Assembly (NCBI GenBank): GCA_018830725.1
Contig: JAHJRV010000094.1
Span: 30,628-94,627, forward strand
Source of the DNA: Actinomycetota bacterium
Lineage (GTDB): Bacteria; Actinomycetota; Humimicrobiia; JAHJRV01
DNA length: 64,000 nucleotides
Direction of reading: 5' to 3'
Made by a program: the position numbers and the translations under genes. The notes beneath the pieces were generated by a model. That model was not told the DNA's origin. It ran no database searches and was given only the letters and a program-made list of their open reading frames with translations. Shown piece after piece: positions 42,001-54,867 of the stretch; the stretch's first letter is position 1; each line of letters opens with the position of its first letter.

Positions 42001-42530
42001 AAATTCTCTTTACCAAAGATCTCACAAAACTTTGAAACAGATTCAATTGAGTCATTAATTCTATCTTCTAAAATCAACCTCGGAATATTACCTGAAACAC
42101 ATCCAGAAAGTGCAATAATTCCAGAACTGTATTTACTTAGTAGCTCAAGATCAACTCTTGGTTTGTAATAAAATCCCTCAAAATAACTTAATGTAACAAG
42201 CTTCATCAGGTTTTTATAACCTTGGATATCTTTAGCTAAAAGAGTTAGATGATTAGACTTTTCCTCTCTTTTAGATTTATCAAATCTGGAATTTATTGCA
42301 ACATAAAATTCACATCCAATTATAGATTTAATATCTACTTCTTTTGCTAAGTTGTAAAATTCTATAGCACCATACATGTTGCCATGGTCAGTTATAGCTA
42401 CCGAGTGCATATTAAACTCTTTTGCTTTTGAAATTAAATTCGGTATCTTTATTGCTCCATCCAGTAAAGAGAATTCTGTATGAGTATGAAGATGAATAAA
42501 ATCTGGAATATTTTTTGCCAATTTAAGCAC
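39069..42530 (-). CDS. dnaE: DNA polymerase III alpha subunit
   Basis: 1153 aa with N-terminal PHP (HLHTHTEFSLLDG) and pol III alpha core. Confidence 0.9.
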   Translation of the reverse strand: MLKLAKNIPDFIHLHTHTEFSLLDGAIKIPNLISKAKEFNMHSVAITDHGNMYGAIEFYNLAKEVDIKSIIGCEFYVAINSRFDKSKREEKSNHLTLLAKDIQGYKNLMKLVTLSYFEGFYYKPRVDLELLSKYSSGIIALSGCVSGNIPRLILEDRINDSIESVSKFCEIFGKENFYLEIQDQGLKEQKILNPKLIKMSEKLNVPLVATNDAHYLNKENHTAHDVLLCIQTRTTLDDKERLRFSTPEFYFKPKEEMFDIFKNIPEVLKNSIEISEKCNLEIPLNLDLLPAYKVPENYNLDSYLEEICREGFNKRYSDPTDEIKDRLELELNVIKDMGYSGYFLIVWDFVNYAKRSGIRVGPGRGSAAGSIVSYCLGITDIDPIEYGLLFERFLNPHRKSLPDIDIDFCYERRNEVIDYVVSKYGRNKVAQLITFGTMAARAATRDTGRVFGVPYGKVDKVAKMIPVGIGTTIDKSINTVPELRDSYQKDEEVKKILDAAMALEGLSRQDSIHAAGVVISDEDLTEYTPLQRKGNGEVVTQYKMDDVQRIGLLKMDFLGLKTLTLIDKTLEIIKHTKGIEINLNKIDLQDKKTFSMISHGETIGIFQLESSGMRNLMIDLQPNCIEDLIALLALYRPGPLQSGMVKDFVEAKKGKTKIRYPHPSLESILDTTYGIIVYQEQVMEIASKMANFTMAEADILRGAISKKKRRVLSKQRDKFLDGALKNGISRGAAQKIFDLLLLFAEYGFNKSHSAAYALISYQTAYLKANFPVEFMAALLTVRMEDQEKVAQYVNECRRLRIKILPPDVNESFSNFTVVGNKIRFGLSAVKNVGDNVIQNIVSNRKDKGKFKSFVDFCSMVDPVVLNKKTLESLIKAGAFDSLGLTRQALMKNYKRIVSHVLTIRSNKEIGQFSLFDADTTLKDALITALPEKRTEFSQKKFLAYEKEMLGLYVSDHPLIGYEHQLDKYSDCQISEIKKFTDKSLIKIAGVVSKIKRITTKKGEIMLFLTLEDISNSIEVIIFPSVLKKFHQFLKEDMIIGIKGRIDIKEDQAKLIASEIEEIELKHKKSASKKVKPNLVIELVLNSINDHFLHRLRRILLNNPGPSNVIIKLKSDKSLKTFKLGSSLSVTQSEEFLDEINNFLGEKGTVKMES

Positions 42531-42682
42531 CTTTTAGAAAATAAATTAAAAGTCTCACTTTTTAATTTAATGAAGTTATAAGTTATTAAAAATTAAATTA
42601 CATTTAAGAATTAAATTAGTACAATATTGTCTTAATAATAACACAATAAAAAAAGCATTTATTAGAATTTTTAAATATACAC

Positions 42683-42725
42683 CCTCCCCCTACCCCCTCC
42701 CTTAAAGGGAGGGGAATTGAGTAAA
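42683..42725. repeat. core-only GC-rich hairpin module (CCCTACCCCCTCCC-TTAAA-GGGAGGGG) related to the MITE cores
   Basis: The CCCCTCCC/GGGAGGGG stem and CCCTACCCCCTCCC motif are shared with the 43689-43803 and 54868-54984 copies. Confidence 0.6.
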
Positions 42726-42750
42726 AATATAAATTTTTTTTAAATCTTAT

Positions 42751-43632
42751 TTATCGGGTGTATATTTTGCAAAAATTTATACTTCTTTTAAGTCGATCTT
42801 TAACTCTTCTTTTACTCCAAATGTTAAGTGCTATAGGAGAAATTTCTAAAGTTAGAAAATTGTTATAACTATTTTTTAAAATAAATTTTAAAAATTCTTT
42901 TAGTGGTATTTTTCCAATATAAGGTGGTTCATGTTTCCTTCTTTTAGTGTTGCTTACATGGATATTTATTACTCTGGATTTAAGAATATTAAAGCTATCT
43001 TCAATATTATAGCTTCTTAAACCATGGTGCGTTGTATCGAAAGTGATGAATAAATTGTGTTTCAAAACATAGTTTATTAGAACCTTTGGATCAGCAAAAT
43101 GTCTCCTTCCCAAATTAACTCTTCTATCTAAAACAGTTTCAACTGTAATTAATGGTTCTAAATTGCTTTCTCTAAATTGTTTATTTAAATTTTTACTTTC
43201 ATTTTTTATTTTTTCAAATTTACTTAATTTGTTAAATGATCCCTGCTTAATCTTTGAGATAGCTTCAAGAAACTGTTTTGAATAATTATCCCACCATGGA
43301 TATGAATTATCAGGTCTTAGAAAAATAGGTAAATGAATAGTTATTAATTTACATTGTAGCTGACTTGCAATATTAAAGGTTAATTCTAAAGTTTCCTTAA
43401 CTCCAAGTTTCCAATAAATCATAAAAAGAGGTTGATGAGCTGTATAGACTGGCAAATTATAATGATTTATAAGATTATTAAGTTTAAGAATATTTTTTTC
43501 TATATTCCCTTTTAAGCAGTTGCTGTCTGTAACCAATTCTAATCCATCAAATCCCACATCCTTTGCTATAGAAAAAATTTCTTTATGTGAAAATGGATAT
43601 AAAGAAGCTGTCGATAGTAGAATTTTTAACAT
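42751..43632 (-). CDS. sugar phosphate isomerase/epimerase (xylose-isomerase-like TIM barrel, AP_endonuc_2 family)
   Basis: 293 aa with GFDGLEL, HLP and TLEISP motifs typical of PF01261. Confidence 0.6.
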   Translation of the reverse strand: MLKILLSTASLYPFSHKEIFSIAKDVGFDGLELVTDSNCLKGNIEKNILKLNNLINHYNLPVYTAHQPLFMIYWKLGVKETLELTFNIASQLQCKLITIHLPIFLRPDNSYPWWDNYSKQFLEAISKIKQGSFNKLSKFEKIKNESKNLNKQFRESNLEPLITVETVLDRRVNLGRRHFADPKVLINYVLKHNLFITFDTTHHGLRSYNIEDSFNILKSRVINIHVSNTKRRKHEPPYIGKIPLKEFLKFILKNSYNNFLTLEISPIALNIWSKRRVKDRLKRSINFCKIYTR

Positions 43633-43688
43633 AATTATTAATCTATTTTAATTTAAATTTAATATTTTTAAAATCTAAGAGTTCTAAT

Positions 43689-43803
43689 AGATTTGTGGCA
43701 TGGTTTCGAAGACATTTTACCCTCTCCCTACCCCCTCCCCCCTCTCCTTATTCCTCTCCCACCAGGGGAGAGGATAAACAATCAAGAAACTATGCCCAAA
43801 TCT
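43689..43803. repeat. full-length MITE-like element: imperfect about 18-nt terminal inverted repeats flanking a GC-rich core with the CCTCTCCC-ACCA-GGGGAGAGG hairpin
   Basis: Arms tttgtggcatggtttcgaag / caagaaactatgcccaaa are reverse complements. Core: ccctctccctaccccctcccccctctccttattcctctcccaccaggggagagg. Confidence 0.75.
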
Positions 43804-43815
43804 TCCAAAAGTTAT

Positions 43816-45261
43816 TTATTTCAGTTTTTTCTTTAATAATTCATTAACTAATTTAGGATTTGCTTTACCTTTTGTTTTTTTCATAACCTGACCTACAAGA
43901 AAGTTAAAGACCTGCATTTTTCCTGATAAATATTGTGTAACAATTTCTGGATTCTCTTTTAAAACCTGCTCAATGATATCTGTTAATTTATCAATATCAC
44001 TTATTTGCTTAAGCCCCTTTTGTTCCACGATTTCTTTTGGCATCTTTCCTGTTTTAAACATTTCTTCAAAAATAGATTTAGCGATTTTACCACTAATTTT
44101 TCCTACTTCTATCATTTTTAACATCTCAATTAAGTGATTTGGACTTATCTTACAATTCTCTATCTGAATTTGCTTCTGATTTAATAAATATAAAAGATCT
44201 CTTATAATCCAATTGCTAATTTTCTTTGGATATGGGTAAATTTTTACGCAGGATTCAAAGAAGTCAGCCATGCTTTTGGTAGAAGTTATAATTTCTGCAT
44301 CGTTATCGGAGATATCGTACTGCTTTTTAATTCTATCAGCTCTAACAGATGGAAGTTCAGGAACTGTCTTTTTTATTTCATCTACCCATTCTCTGCTTAT
44401 TTCTATTGGAACCAGATCAGGCTCTGGAAAATACCTATAATCCTGTGCTTCTTCTTTTATCCTCATGGATTTGGTTGTCATTGTTTTTGAGTCAAAATGT
44501 CTTGTCTCCAAATATAGTTTTTCACCCTTGTTGAGAATTTCCCTCTGTCTTTTAATTTCATAACTCAAACCTTTTTCTAAAAATCTAAAGGAATTGAGAT
44601 TTTTGAGTTCTGTTCTTGCTTTACTATATTCATCTCTCAATTTTCTTACTGATATATTAGCGTCAACTCTAAATCTTCCTTCCTCCATATTACAATCACT
44701 TACTTCAAGATATTCAAGTATCTTTTTTAGAAGCATTACATAAGCTTTTGCCTGTGTTACATTTTTTATATCAGGTGCAGAAACAATTTCCAAAAGTGGA
44801 ATCCCGCATCTGTTAAAATCAAGTCCACTTCCGGTTGCCTCACTTATTCTACCAGTCTCGCCAAAATGTAATAACTTAGCTGTATCTTCCTCCATATGAA
44901 CACGGCTTATTCCTATCCTTTTTACTTTACTGTTTAATTTGATATCAAGATACCCATTTAAACCTACCGGTAAGTCGTATTGTGATATTTGATATCCCTT
45001 GGGTAAATCAGGATAAAAATAGTTCTTACGATGAAATTGAGTAAAATTAGCAATTTTACAATTCAAGGCTAATGCTACTTTTAGTGTATAATCAAACGCT
45101 TTTTTGTTTATAACTGGAAGAGTTCCTGGATGACCAAGACATATTGAGCAAGTTTGAGTATTTGGTGCAGCACCAAATTTTGTACTACATCCACAGAACA
45201 TCTTAGAATCTGTAATTAACTCAACATGCGTTTCTAATCCAATTTTAATTTCAAATTCCAA
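43816..45261 (-). CDS. gatB: Asp-tRNA(Asn)/Glu-tRNA(Gln) amidotransferase subunit B
   Basis: GatB N-terminus MEFEIKIGLETHVEL and the GatB/YqeY C-terminal domain. Confidence 0.9.
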   Translation of the reverse strand: MEFEIKIGLETHVELITDSKMFCGCSTKFGAAPNTQTCSICLGHPGTLPVINKKAFDYTLKVALALNCKIANFTQFHRKNYFYPDLPKGYQISQYDLPVGLNGYLDIKLNSKVKRIGISRVHMEEDTAKLLHFGETGRISEATGSGLDFNRCGIPLLEIVSAPDIKNVTQAKAYVMLLKKILEYLEVSDCNMEEGRFRVDANISVRKLRDEYSKARTELKNLNSFRFLEKGLSYEIKRQREILNKGEKLYLETRHFDSKTMTTKSMRIKEEAQDYRYFPEPDLVPIEISREWVDEIKKTVPELPSVRADRIKKQYDISDNDAEIITSTKSMADFFESCVKIYPYPKKISNWIIRDLLYLLNQKQIQIENCKISPNHLIEMLKMIEVGKISGKIAKSIFEEMFKTGKMPKEIVEQKGLKQISDIDKLTDIIEQVLKENPEIVTQYLSGKMQVFNFLVGQVMKKTKGKANPKLVNELLKKKLK

Positions 45262-45270
45262 TATATCTCC

Positions 45271-46779
45271 TTAGAATTTCTTAAAAAGAGGCTTTAATTT
45301 AAAATTAAATTTTTTTTCGAAGTTATAAGCTGTCTTTATTAATAAGCCTTCTTCGAAGTGTGGTGCTATTATTTGAAGACCAATTGGTAGGTTATTTTTC
45401 AATCCACATGGTATGGAGATTGCAGGTATACCTGCTAAATTAATTGGTATAGTGCAGATATCTGATAAATACATAGTCAAAGGGTCTTCGAACTTCTCAC
45501 CAATTTTAAAGGCAACTGATGGAGTTGTTGGTGATACTAAAACATCAAACTTTTTAAATACTTTTTTAAAATCATTTATAATTAATGTTCTTACCTTCTG
45601 AGCTTGTAAATAATAAGCTTCGTAATATCCCCTGCTTAAAGCATATGTTCCAAGCATAATTCTTCTTTTAACCTCGTTACCAAAACCTTGAGACCTCGTT
45701 TTTCTATACATACTTCTAAAACTTTTTACTTTTTTAGCTCTTAAGCCATATCTTATTCCATCATATCTTGCAAGATTTGAACTGGCTTCAGCAGGTGCAA
45801 TAATATAATAAGCACTAAGTGCAAACTTTAAACTTGGAAGTGATATTTCTTCACAAGAGGCACCGAGTGATGAAAAAATATCTATTGCTTTATAAACAGC
45901 ACCCTTAACATAATTTGATATCCCTTCACCCATCAGTTCCTTTATTATTCCTATTTTTAACCCACTTATATCCTCTTTTAAATATTTTGTATAATCCTCT
46001 TTGTCCTTAAATACTGATGTTGAATCAAGTGAGTCGTGACCAGCAATTATATTCAAAAGTAATGCGCAATCCTGAACATTTCTTGTTATTGGTCCAATCT
46101 GATCAAGAGATGATGCAAAAGCAATGAGACCAAATCTTGAAACCAATCCGTAAGTTGGTTTTAATCCAACAACTCCACATAGTGCAGCTGGTTGCCTTAT
46201 TGAACCTCCTGTATCTGTTCCCAATGCTAATGGTGTTTCTCCAACTGCCACTGCTGCTGCAGACCCCCCACTAGATCCACCTGGAACATTACTTAGATTC
46301 CATGGATTGTGCGTTGTCCAAAAACTTGAATTCTCAGTTGAAGAACCCATTGCAAATTCATCCATGTTGGTCTTACCAGTTAGAATCATATTCGATTCTT
46401 TAATTTTATTAATGACTGTAGCATCATAGATAGGTTTATAGTTGCCAAGTATATTAGAGCCACAAGTTGTATGAATTCCCTTAGTAGTTATATTATCTTT
46501 TACTGCTATTGGTATTCCTGTTAATGGTTCAATTTTTTTTGTTTTATAAATGAATTTACCACCTCTTATTCTTTTTTTTCCATAAATAAACTTATCTATT
46601 TTTCTCGCTGCTGCAATAGCTTTGTAGATATTAGTAGTTATATATGATTTAACAATAGTTTCAACTTCTTCAATTCTTTCAGCAATATCCTTTACAGTTT
46701 CGTAACTTGATATCTCTCTTTTCGATATTAAATCTGATAGCTCTTTTGCACTTAATTTATACAGTCTTTCTTTTACCAT
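45271..46779 (-). CDS. gatA: Glu-tRNA(Gln) amidotransferase subunit A
   Basis: Amidase signature [12 protein letters not shown] plus Ser-cisSer-Lys triad context. Confidence 0.9.
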   Translation of the reverse strand: MVKERLYKLSAKELSDLISKREISSYETVKDIAERIEEVETIVKSYITTNIYKAIAAARKIDKFIYGKKRIRGGKFIYKTKKIEPLTGIPIAVKDNITTKGIHTTCGSNILGNYKPIYDATVINKIKESNMILTGKTNMDEFAMGSSTENSSFWTTHNPWNLSNVPGGSSGGSAAAVAVGETPLALGTDTGGSIRQPAALCGVVGLKPTYGLVSRFGLIAFASSLDQIGPITRNVQDCALLLNIIAGHDSLDSTSVFKDKEDYTKYLKEDISGLKIGIIKELMGEGISNYVKGAVYKAIDIFSSLGASCEEISLPSLKFALSAYYIIAPAEASSNLARYDGIRYGLRAKKVKSFRSMYRKTRSQGFGNEVKRRIMLGTYALSRGYYEAYYLQAQKVRTLIINDFKKVFKKFDVLVSPTTPSVAFKIGEKFEDPLTMYLSDICTIPINLAGIPAISIPCGLKNNLPIGLQIIAPHFEEGLLIKTAYNFEKKFNFKLKPLFKKF

Positions 46780-46781
46780 CT

Positions 46782-47075
46782 TTATTCCTCAGTTATTAAA
46801 GGAACTTCAAAAAGATCTTCAATTGTTTTTGGAGAATTTAATAGAGCATCTTTTTTGCTTATACACTTTTTAACAATATCATCTCTAAAAACATTAACAA
46901 TATTCGTAACATGAGAAGTTGGCTCAACATCAGTAGTATCAATCTCATTAATTCTTCCTGCATGTTTTAACACAATATTTAATTGATCTACAAATTTGTC
47001 TAGTTCATCTTCTCTGATATCAAGTTCAGCCAATTTTGCAACATGTTTCACATCTTTTTTACTGATTTCTTCCAT
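46782..47075 (-). CDS. gatC: Glu-tRNA(Gln) amidotransferase subunit C
   Basis: 97-aa ORF immediately upstream of gatA, with GatC-like length and charge pattern. Confidence 0.75.
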   Translation of the reverse strand: MEEISKKDVKHVAKLAELDIREDELDKFVDQLNIVLKHAGRINEIDTTDVEPTSHVTNIVNVFRDDIVKKCISKKDALLNSPKTIEDLFEVPLITEE

Positions 47076-47265
47076 TTAGAAATAGGCTACTGCACTCCTT
47101 CCCTATCAAGGGAGGTGAGCCTTTCTCCTTTCTTTTAATAATGTATCTTCTTACTCTATTAGAGTTAATTCAGTTAATAGTTGAAATTATTTCACAGACT
47201 TTTTAATTTTTTAATAGAGAATTTTATAAACTTAAAATTTAAATTATATCTCATGATGTATATCA

Positions 47266-50012
<2,747 letters not shown>

Positions 50013-50066
50013 TTAATATAAGTCTAAAATTAATTTTTTATAAAATGTATGTTAATTGTAAGGATT

Positions 50067-50849
50067 TTAGTCCAGATATGAATGAGCATAAAGAACCTTA
50101 TTGGTTAAAATATCATATGTCTTTAAAGTAGCCATTAGCTCTTTATCTAATGAATCAGCTATAGCAGCAGATAGTCCATTGCAAGCCAACATAATAAGCA
50201 AGATTCTATTTAACAAACTTCTAAGCTCAGGAGGAGATGACTGAGAAATATTTGATAATCCAACAATAGTTTTTGGAGGTGGATCAGATAATTGACTAAA
50301 CATTTTTATGGACTCAATTGCATAATTTACTTGGTTTTGCATTCCAGAAACTGGTAATATAATAGGGTCAATATATAAATCTTCAGGTGAAATTCCATAT
50401 TCCATTGCTTTTGTTACAATATTAAATGCTATTTGAAATCGCTCATTTTCATCCCTTGGAATACCACTCTCATCTAAAGTTAATCCTATTATTGCTGCAT
50501 TAAACTCTTTAGCCAGTGGCATTACTTTATTCATCTGCATTTCAGAACCATCTGTAGAATTTATTATAGCTCTTCCTTTATGAACCTCTAATCCAGCTTT
50601 CATAGCCTCTATATTTTTTGTGTCAAGACAAAGTGGAATATCAACCTTTTCTTGAATTGATGTTACTAACCATTTCATTAACTCAGGTCCACCCTTTGTT
50701 CCTGGACCAATATTTATATCCAGATAGTTAGCGCCAGCATCTTTCAAACTTTTTGCCAGTTCAATTATTGGTTCACTATTACGTTCCCTCATAGAAGTAC
50801 CTATTTTTGTATTTCTTATATTAATATTCTCAGCAACAATTAACATCAT
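50067..50849 (-). CDS. acsE: methyltetrahydrofolate:corrinoid/iron-sulfur protein methyltransferase (AcsE/MeTr-like pterin-binding protein)
   Basis: Pterin-binding motifs LCLDTKN, INSTDG, LYIDPIILP, PKTIVGLSNISQ and ACNGLSAAIADS closely match the Moorella MeTr pattern. Confidence 0.7.
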   Translation of the reverse strand: MMLIVAENINIRNTKIGTSMRERNSEPIIELAKSLKDAGANYLDINIGPGTKGGPELMKWLVTSIQEKVDIPLCLDTKNIEAMKAGLEVHKGRAIINSTDGSEMQMNKVMPLAKEFNAAIIGLTLDESGIPRDENERFQIAFNIVTKAMEYGISPEDLYIDPIILPVSGMQNQVNYAIESIKMFSQLSDPPPKTIVGLSNISQSSPPELRSLLNRILLIMLACNGLSAAIADSLDKELMATLKTYDILTNKVLYAHSYLD

Positions 50850-51351
50850 TCCCTCCTTCCTAAAATAAAAGTAACTTTAAATATTATTATATTTAAAATC
50901 GTAGCCAAATATCTTTAAATTATTAACAAAAATAGTAATAAATATTCTAATATTAAAAAATATAAAAATACAATTCAATATTTAATTTAAAATTAGCTTT
51001 ATATTTATACTTAAAAGCTTACTCGAGAAATTTGTGCAGTAAATAGTTCAAAAACATAGATTTAATTTATAAATAGTATAAACTATTTTTACCAATCCAA
51101 AAAAATATTAAAGTAATTTATTATAAAAACATATTAATATCAGAATTCTAAAAGATTTTAGAAAATTTTAATAATTACTTTATGAGTTAAATTTAGTTTA
51201 CGATTTTATTGGCTTTCTGTATAATTTAATGATGTTGCCTTAAAACTTTTGAATTTGTATTTTTTAAAATAATTTCTAAGTTTCCTTCTTTTTTAAAGTA
51301 AAATTCAGTATATATATAAATAAAATTAATAACCTAAACAAAGGCTTCAGA

Positions 51352-54300
51352 TTGTCATTACAAAATGAGCAAAATTTGATAAAAAAAATATCCAAAACTG
51401 GCGCGGTAATGGTTATAGGTGCTGGTGTTTCAGGAATTCAAGCTTCACTGGACTTAGCTGACTCTGGATATAAGATTTATTTAGTGGAGAAGGGACCATC
51501 AATTGGTGGAAAAATGACACAGTTGGATAAAACATTTCCTACCAATGACTGTGCCACCTGTATAGTTGCTCCCAAATTAGTTGAATGTATAAGACATCGA
51601 AATATCGAGACAATGACGCTTTGTGAAATAGTAAAGGTCGACGGTTATGCTGGAAGCTTTAAGGTTACAATTAAAAGAAATCCAAGATATGTTGATTTAG
51701 ACAAATGTACTGGGTGTGGTCAGTGTGAGAAAGCATGTCCAGTTAAATTACCAAATGAATTTGATTTGGGACTATCTCAAAGAAAGGCTATTTACAGATT
51801 CTCTCCACAAGCAGATCCCAATGTTCCAGTTATAGATGCACCTAATTGCAGATATTTAACAATGGGAAAATGTGAAGCTTGCAGTAAAATATGTCCAACG
51901 GGTGCAATAAACTTTGAGGATAGGAAAGAATTAATTAATTTAGATGTTGGTGCCTTAATTTTAGCAGTAGGATTTGAACAATCAGATATAAGCAAATTAA
52001 AAGAACTTGGTTATGGAAGATACCCTAATGTAATTACAGCTCTTCAATTTGAGAGAATAATGAATTCATCAGGTCCATTTTTAGGTCATATTCAGAGATT
52101 ATCCGATGGTAAGAAGCCGGAAAGGATTGCTTTTATTCAATGTATTGGGTCAAGAAATAAAGAAAGAGATTATTGTTCCTCTGTTTGTTGTATGCAGGCA
52201 ACCAAAGAAGCAATAATGATTAAAGAACATATTCCTGAAATCGATGTATCAATCTATTATATGGACATAAGGGTATATGGGAAAGAGTTTGACCAGTACT
52301 ATAATAGAGCCAGGGATAAATACAAGGTAAAATATATTCGATCCATGCCATCATCTATAGAAGAAGATCCGTTAACTCATAATCTATTTGTAACTTCTGT
52401 GCAAGAGAACTCATTAAAAACTGATGAGTATGATTTAGTTATTCTATCAACTGGAGTAGAACCATCAGTTGATGCTCAAGTACTATCCAAAAATATAGAT
52501 TTTGATTTAAATAAGTATGGATTCTGTAAAACAGATAGATATTCACCTGTGGAAACTACAAGAGATGGAATATACGTTTGCGGTCCTTTCTCAGAACCAA
52601 AGGATATAGCAGAATCTGTTACACAGGGATGTGCTACTGCTGGTTTAGCTGGAGCTCTCTTATCATCAAAAAGAGGGACATTGGTCAAGAAAAAAATATT
52701 TCCTGAAGAGTTGGATGTTATTGGTCAGGAACCAAGAATAGGTGTTTTCATATGTCATTGTGGAAACAACATTGCTGGAGTTGTAGACATCAATTCTGTA
52801 AAAAAATATAGTGAAAAATTGCCAAACGTGGTTTATTGCGAGGACATGAAGTATGCTTGTACTCAAGATAGTCTGCAACAAATATCTCAGATCATAAAAG
52901 AAAATAATCTTAACAGAGTAGTTGTTGCCTCATGCAGTCCAAGAACTCATGAATCATTGTTTAGAGAAAGTTTAAGAAATGCTGGATTAAATCAATTCTT
53001 GTTTGAGATGGCAAACATCAGAAATCAATGCAGCTGGGTTCATTCTAATCAACCAGAAAAAGCGACAGAAAAATCAAAGGACTTAATCAGGATGAGCGTA
53101 GCAAGAGCAGCCAGTTTAGAACCGTTAGAATTATTTTCCATCCCCATTAATAAAAAAGCCCTTATTTTGGGAGCTGGAGTTGCGGGAATGACTGCTGCTC
53201 TAACAATTAGCAAACAAGGTTTTGAAGTAGTTTTAATTGAAAAGAAAAATGAGCCAGGTGGTTTGTCTAAGAGAATAGAATATGATTTTGAAGGAAAGCA
53301 ACCAAAAAAATTTGTAGAAGAACTTATAAACAAAATAGAAAAAAATCCAAATATAACCCTTTTAACAAATTCTGAAATAACTCATATTGCTGGTTTCGTT
53401 GGGAACTTTAAGTCAAAAATAAAGCGCAGAATTAAAGATGGGGAGTTTAAACAGATTGATATTGAACATGGAGTACTAATAGTAGCAACTGGTGGTGAAG
53501 AGTATCAGGGAACTGATTATGGTTATGGAACAAATAATAAAATCTTAAGTCAATTAGAATTTGAGCATAAATTAGTAGAAAAAGAAATTAACCCGAAGCA
53601 ATTGGAGAAAGTCGTTATGATACAATGTGTTGGCTCTCGAACAGAAGAACATCCATATTGTAGTAGAGTTTGTTGTGGAGAAGCTATAAAGAACGCTCTC
53701 AGACTAAAAGAGATTAACCCTGATATAGAAATAGTTATATTATATAAAGACATTATGACTTATGGCTTTTTAGAACAATATTATACCAAAGCAAGGGATA
53801 TGGGAATTGTCTTTCTACGCTATGACGATAATAATAAGCCAGAAGTATTACCTGAGATGAATGGGAAAGTTAGAGTAAAAACTATTGACCTGAGTTTGAG
53901 AAGAGAATTTTTAATAGATTGTGATCTTCTCTTATTAAGTAGAGGTATAATTCCCTCCCCCAGCAATGAGGAACTATTTAAGATTTTAAGAGTATCATTG
54001 ATAGAACAGGGATTTTATGAGGAAGCGCATCCCAAATTGAGACCAGTTGATTTTGCTTCAGAGGGTTTCTTCCTGTGCGGATTAGCTCATACTCCAAGAC
54101 ATATAGGAGAAGTCGTAGCACAAGCACAAGCAGCTGCTTCAAGAGCAACAGTTATACTTTCCCAAAAAGAACTTCTTGCTGGAGGAGAAGTTTCTGTTGT
54201 TGACCAGGACAAATGTGTTGCTTGTCTTAACTGTGTAAGAATATGCCCATATCAGGTTCCATTTATAAATGAAAATGGAGTAGCTCAGATTGAGGTTACT

Positions 54301-54423
54301 AACTGCTATGGATGTGGGATTTGTGTAGGAGTTTGTCCTATCCATGCTATTATTTTAAAGAACTATAAGGATGAACAAGTTATACCAAAAATTGAAGCTC
54401 TTTTTAAGAAGGAGTTGGTATGA
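51352..54423 (+). CDS. hdrA: heterodisulfide reductase subunit A-like flavoprotein, double-module form (two FAD sites, two CxGxRD-x(n)-CSxxCC motifs, three ferredoxin-type 2x[4Fe-4S] sites). TTG start is likely.
   Basis: VIGAGVSGIQASLDLA and ILGAGVAGMTAALTIS Rossmann motifs. CIGSRNKERDYCSSVCC and CVGSRTEEHPYCSRVCC. Ferredoxin sites CTGCGQCEKACP / CEACSKICP / CVACLNCVRICP / CYGCGICVGVCP. Confidence 0.8.
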   Translation: MSLQNEQNLIKKISKTGAVMVIGAGVSGIQASLDLADSGYKIYLVEKGPSIGGKMTQLDKTFPTNDCATCIVAPKLVECIRHRNIETMTLCEIVKVDGYAGSFKVTIKRNPRYVDLDKCTGCGQCEKACPVKLPNEFDLGLSQRKAIYRFSPQADPNVPVIDAPNCRYLTMGKCEACSKICPTGAINFEDRKELINLDVGALILAVGFEQSDISKLKELGYGRYPNVITALQFERIMNSSGPFLGHIQRLSDGKKPERIAFIQCIGSRNKERDYCSSVCCMQATKEAIMIKEHIPEIDVSIYYMDIRVYGKEFDQYYNRARDKYKVKYIRSMPSSIEEDPLTHNLFVTSVQENSLKTDEYDLVILSTGVEPSVDAQVLSKNIDFDLNKYGFCKTDRYSPVETTRDGIYVCGPFSEPKDIAESVTQGCATAGLAGALLSSKRGTLVKKKIFPEELDVIGQEPRIGVFICHCGNNIAGVVDINSVKKYSEKLPNVVYCEDMKYACTQDSLQQISQIIKENNLNRVVVASCSPRTHESLFRESLRNAGLNQFLFEMANIRNQCSWVHSNQPEKATEKSKDLIRMSVARAASLEPLELFSIPINKKALILGAGVAGMTAALTISKQGFEVVLIEKKNEPGGLSKRIEYDFEGKQPKKFVEELINKIEKNPNITLLTNSEITHIAGFVGNFKSKIKRRIKDGEFKQIDIEHGVLIVATGGEEYQGTDYGYGTNNKILSQLEFEHKLVEKEINPKQLEKVVMIQCVGSRTEEHPYCSRVCCGEAIKNALRLKEINPDIEIVILYKDIMTYGFLEQYYTKARDMGIVFLRYDDNNKPEVLPEMNGKVRVKTIDLSLRREFLIDCDLLLLSRGIIPSPSNEELFKILRVSLIEQGFYEEAHPKLRPVDFASEGFFLCGLAHTPRHIGEVVAQAQAAASRATVILSQKELLAGGEVSVVDQDKCVACLNCVRICPYQVPFINENGVAQIEVTNCYGCGICVGVCPIHAIILKNYKDEQVIPKIEALFKKELV

Positions 54424-54854
54424 GTAATTTTGAACCTGAAATAATAGCTTTTTGTTGTAATCAATGTGCATATGCTGCAGCTGACCTTACTGGTTCTATG
54501 AGAATGAATTATCCTCCAAATGTTAAGATAATTAAACTACCTTGTGCTGGAAAATTTGAAACAATATATATGTTGAAAGCGTTTGAAATGGGAGCTGATG
54601 GAGGAATCGTGGCGGGATGTTTGGAAGGTTGTTGTCATTATAGAACTGGAAATCTGCAAGCAGCTAAAAGAATTAAAAGGGTTAAGAGGATATTAAAAGA
54701 GTTAGGTTTGGAAGAAGAAAGAGTCGATATATTTTATATGTCTTCAGCTATGGGACGTGAATTTGCTGAAGCTGCTACTAAAATAACTGAGACGGTTAGA
54801 AAGTTAGGTCCAAATCCAATTAAAAAAATCAAATCTGAAAAAGTAAAAATTTAA
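54420..54854 (+). CDS. mvhD: methyl-viologen-reducing hydrogenase delta subunit-like protein (MvhD)
   Basis: Cys pattern FCCNQC...CAG...GCLEGCC typical of the MvhD [2Fe-2S] site. It overlaps hdrA by 4 nt (ATGA). Confidence 0.75.
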   Translation: MSNFEPEIIAFCCNQCAYAAADLTGSMRMNYPPNVKIIKLPCAGKFETIYMLKAFEMGADGGIVAGCLEGCCHYRTGNLQAAKRIKRVKRILKELGLEEERVDIFYMSSAMGREFAEAATKITETVRKLGPNPIKKIKSEKVKI

Positions 54855-54867
54855 ATATTATTGAAAG

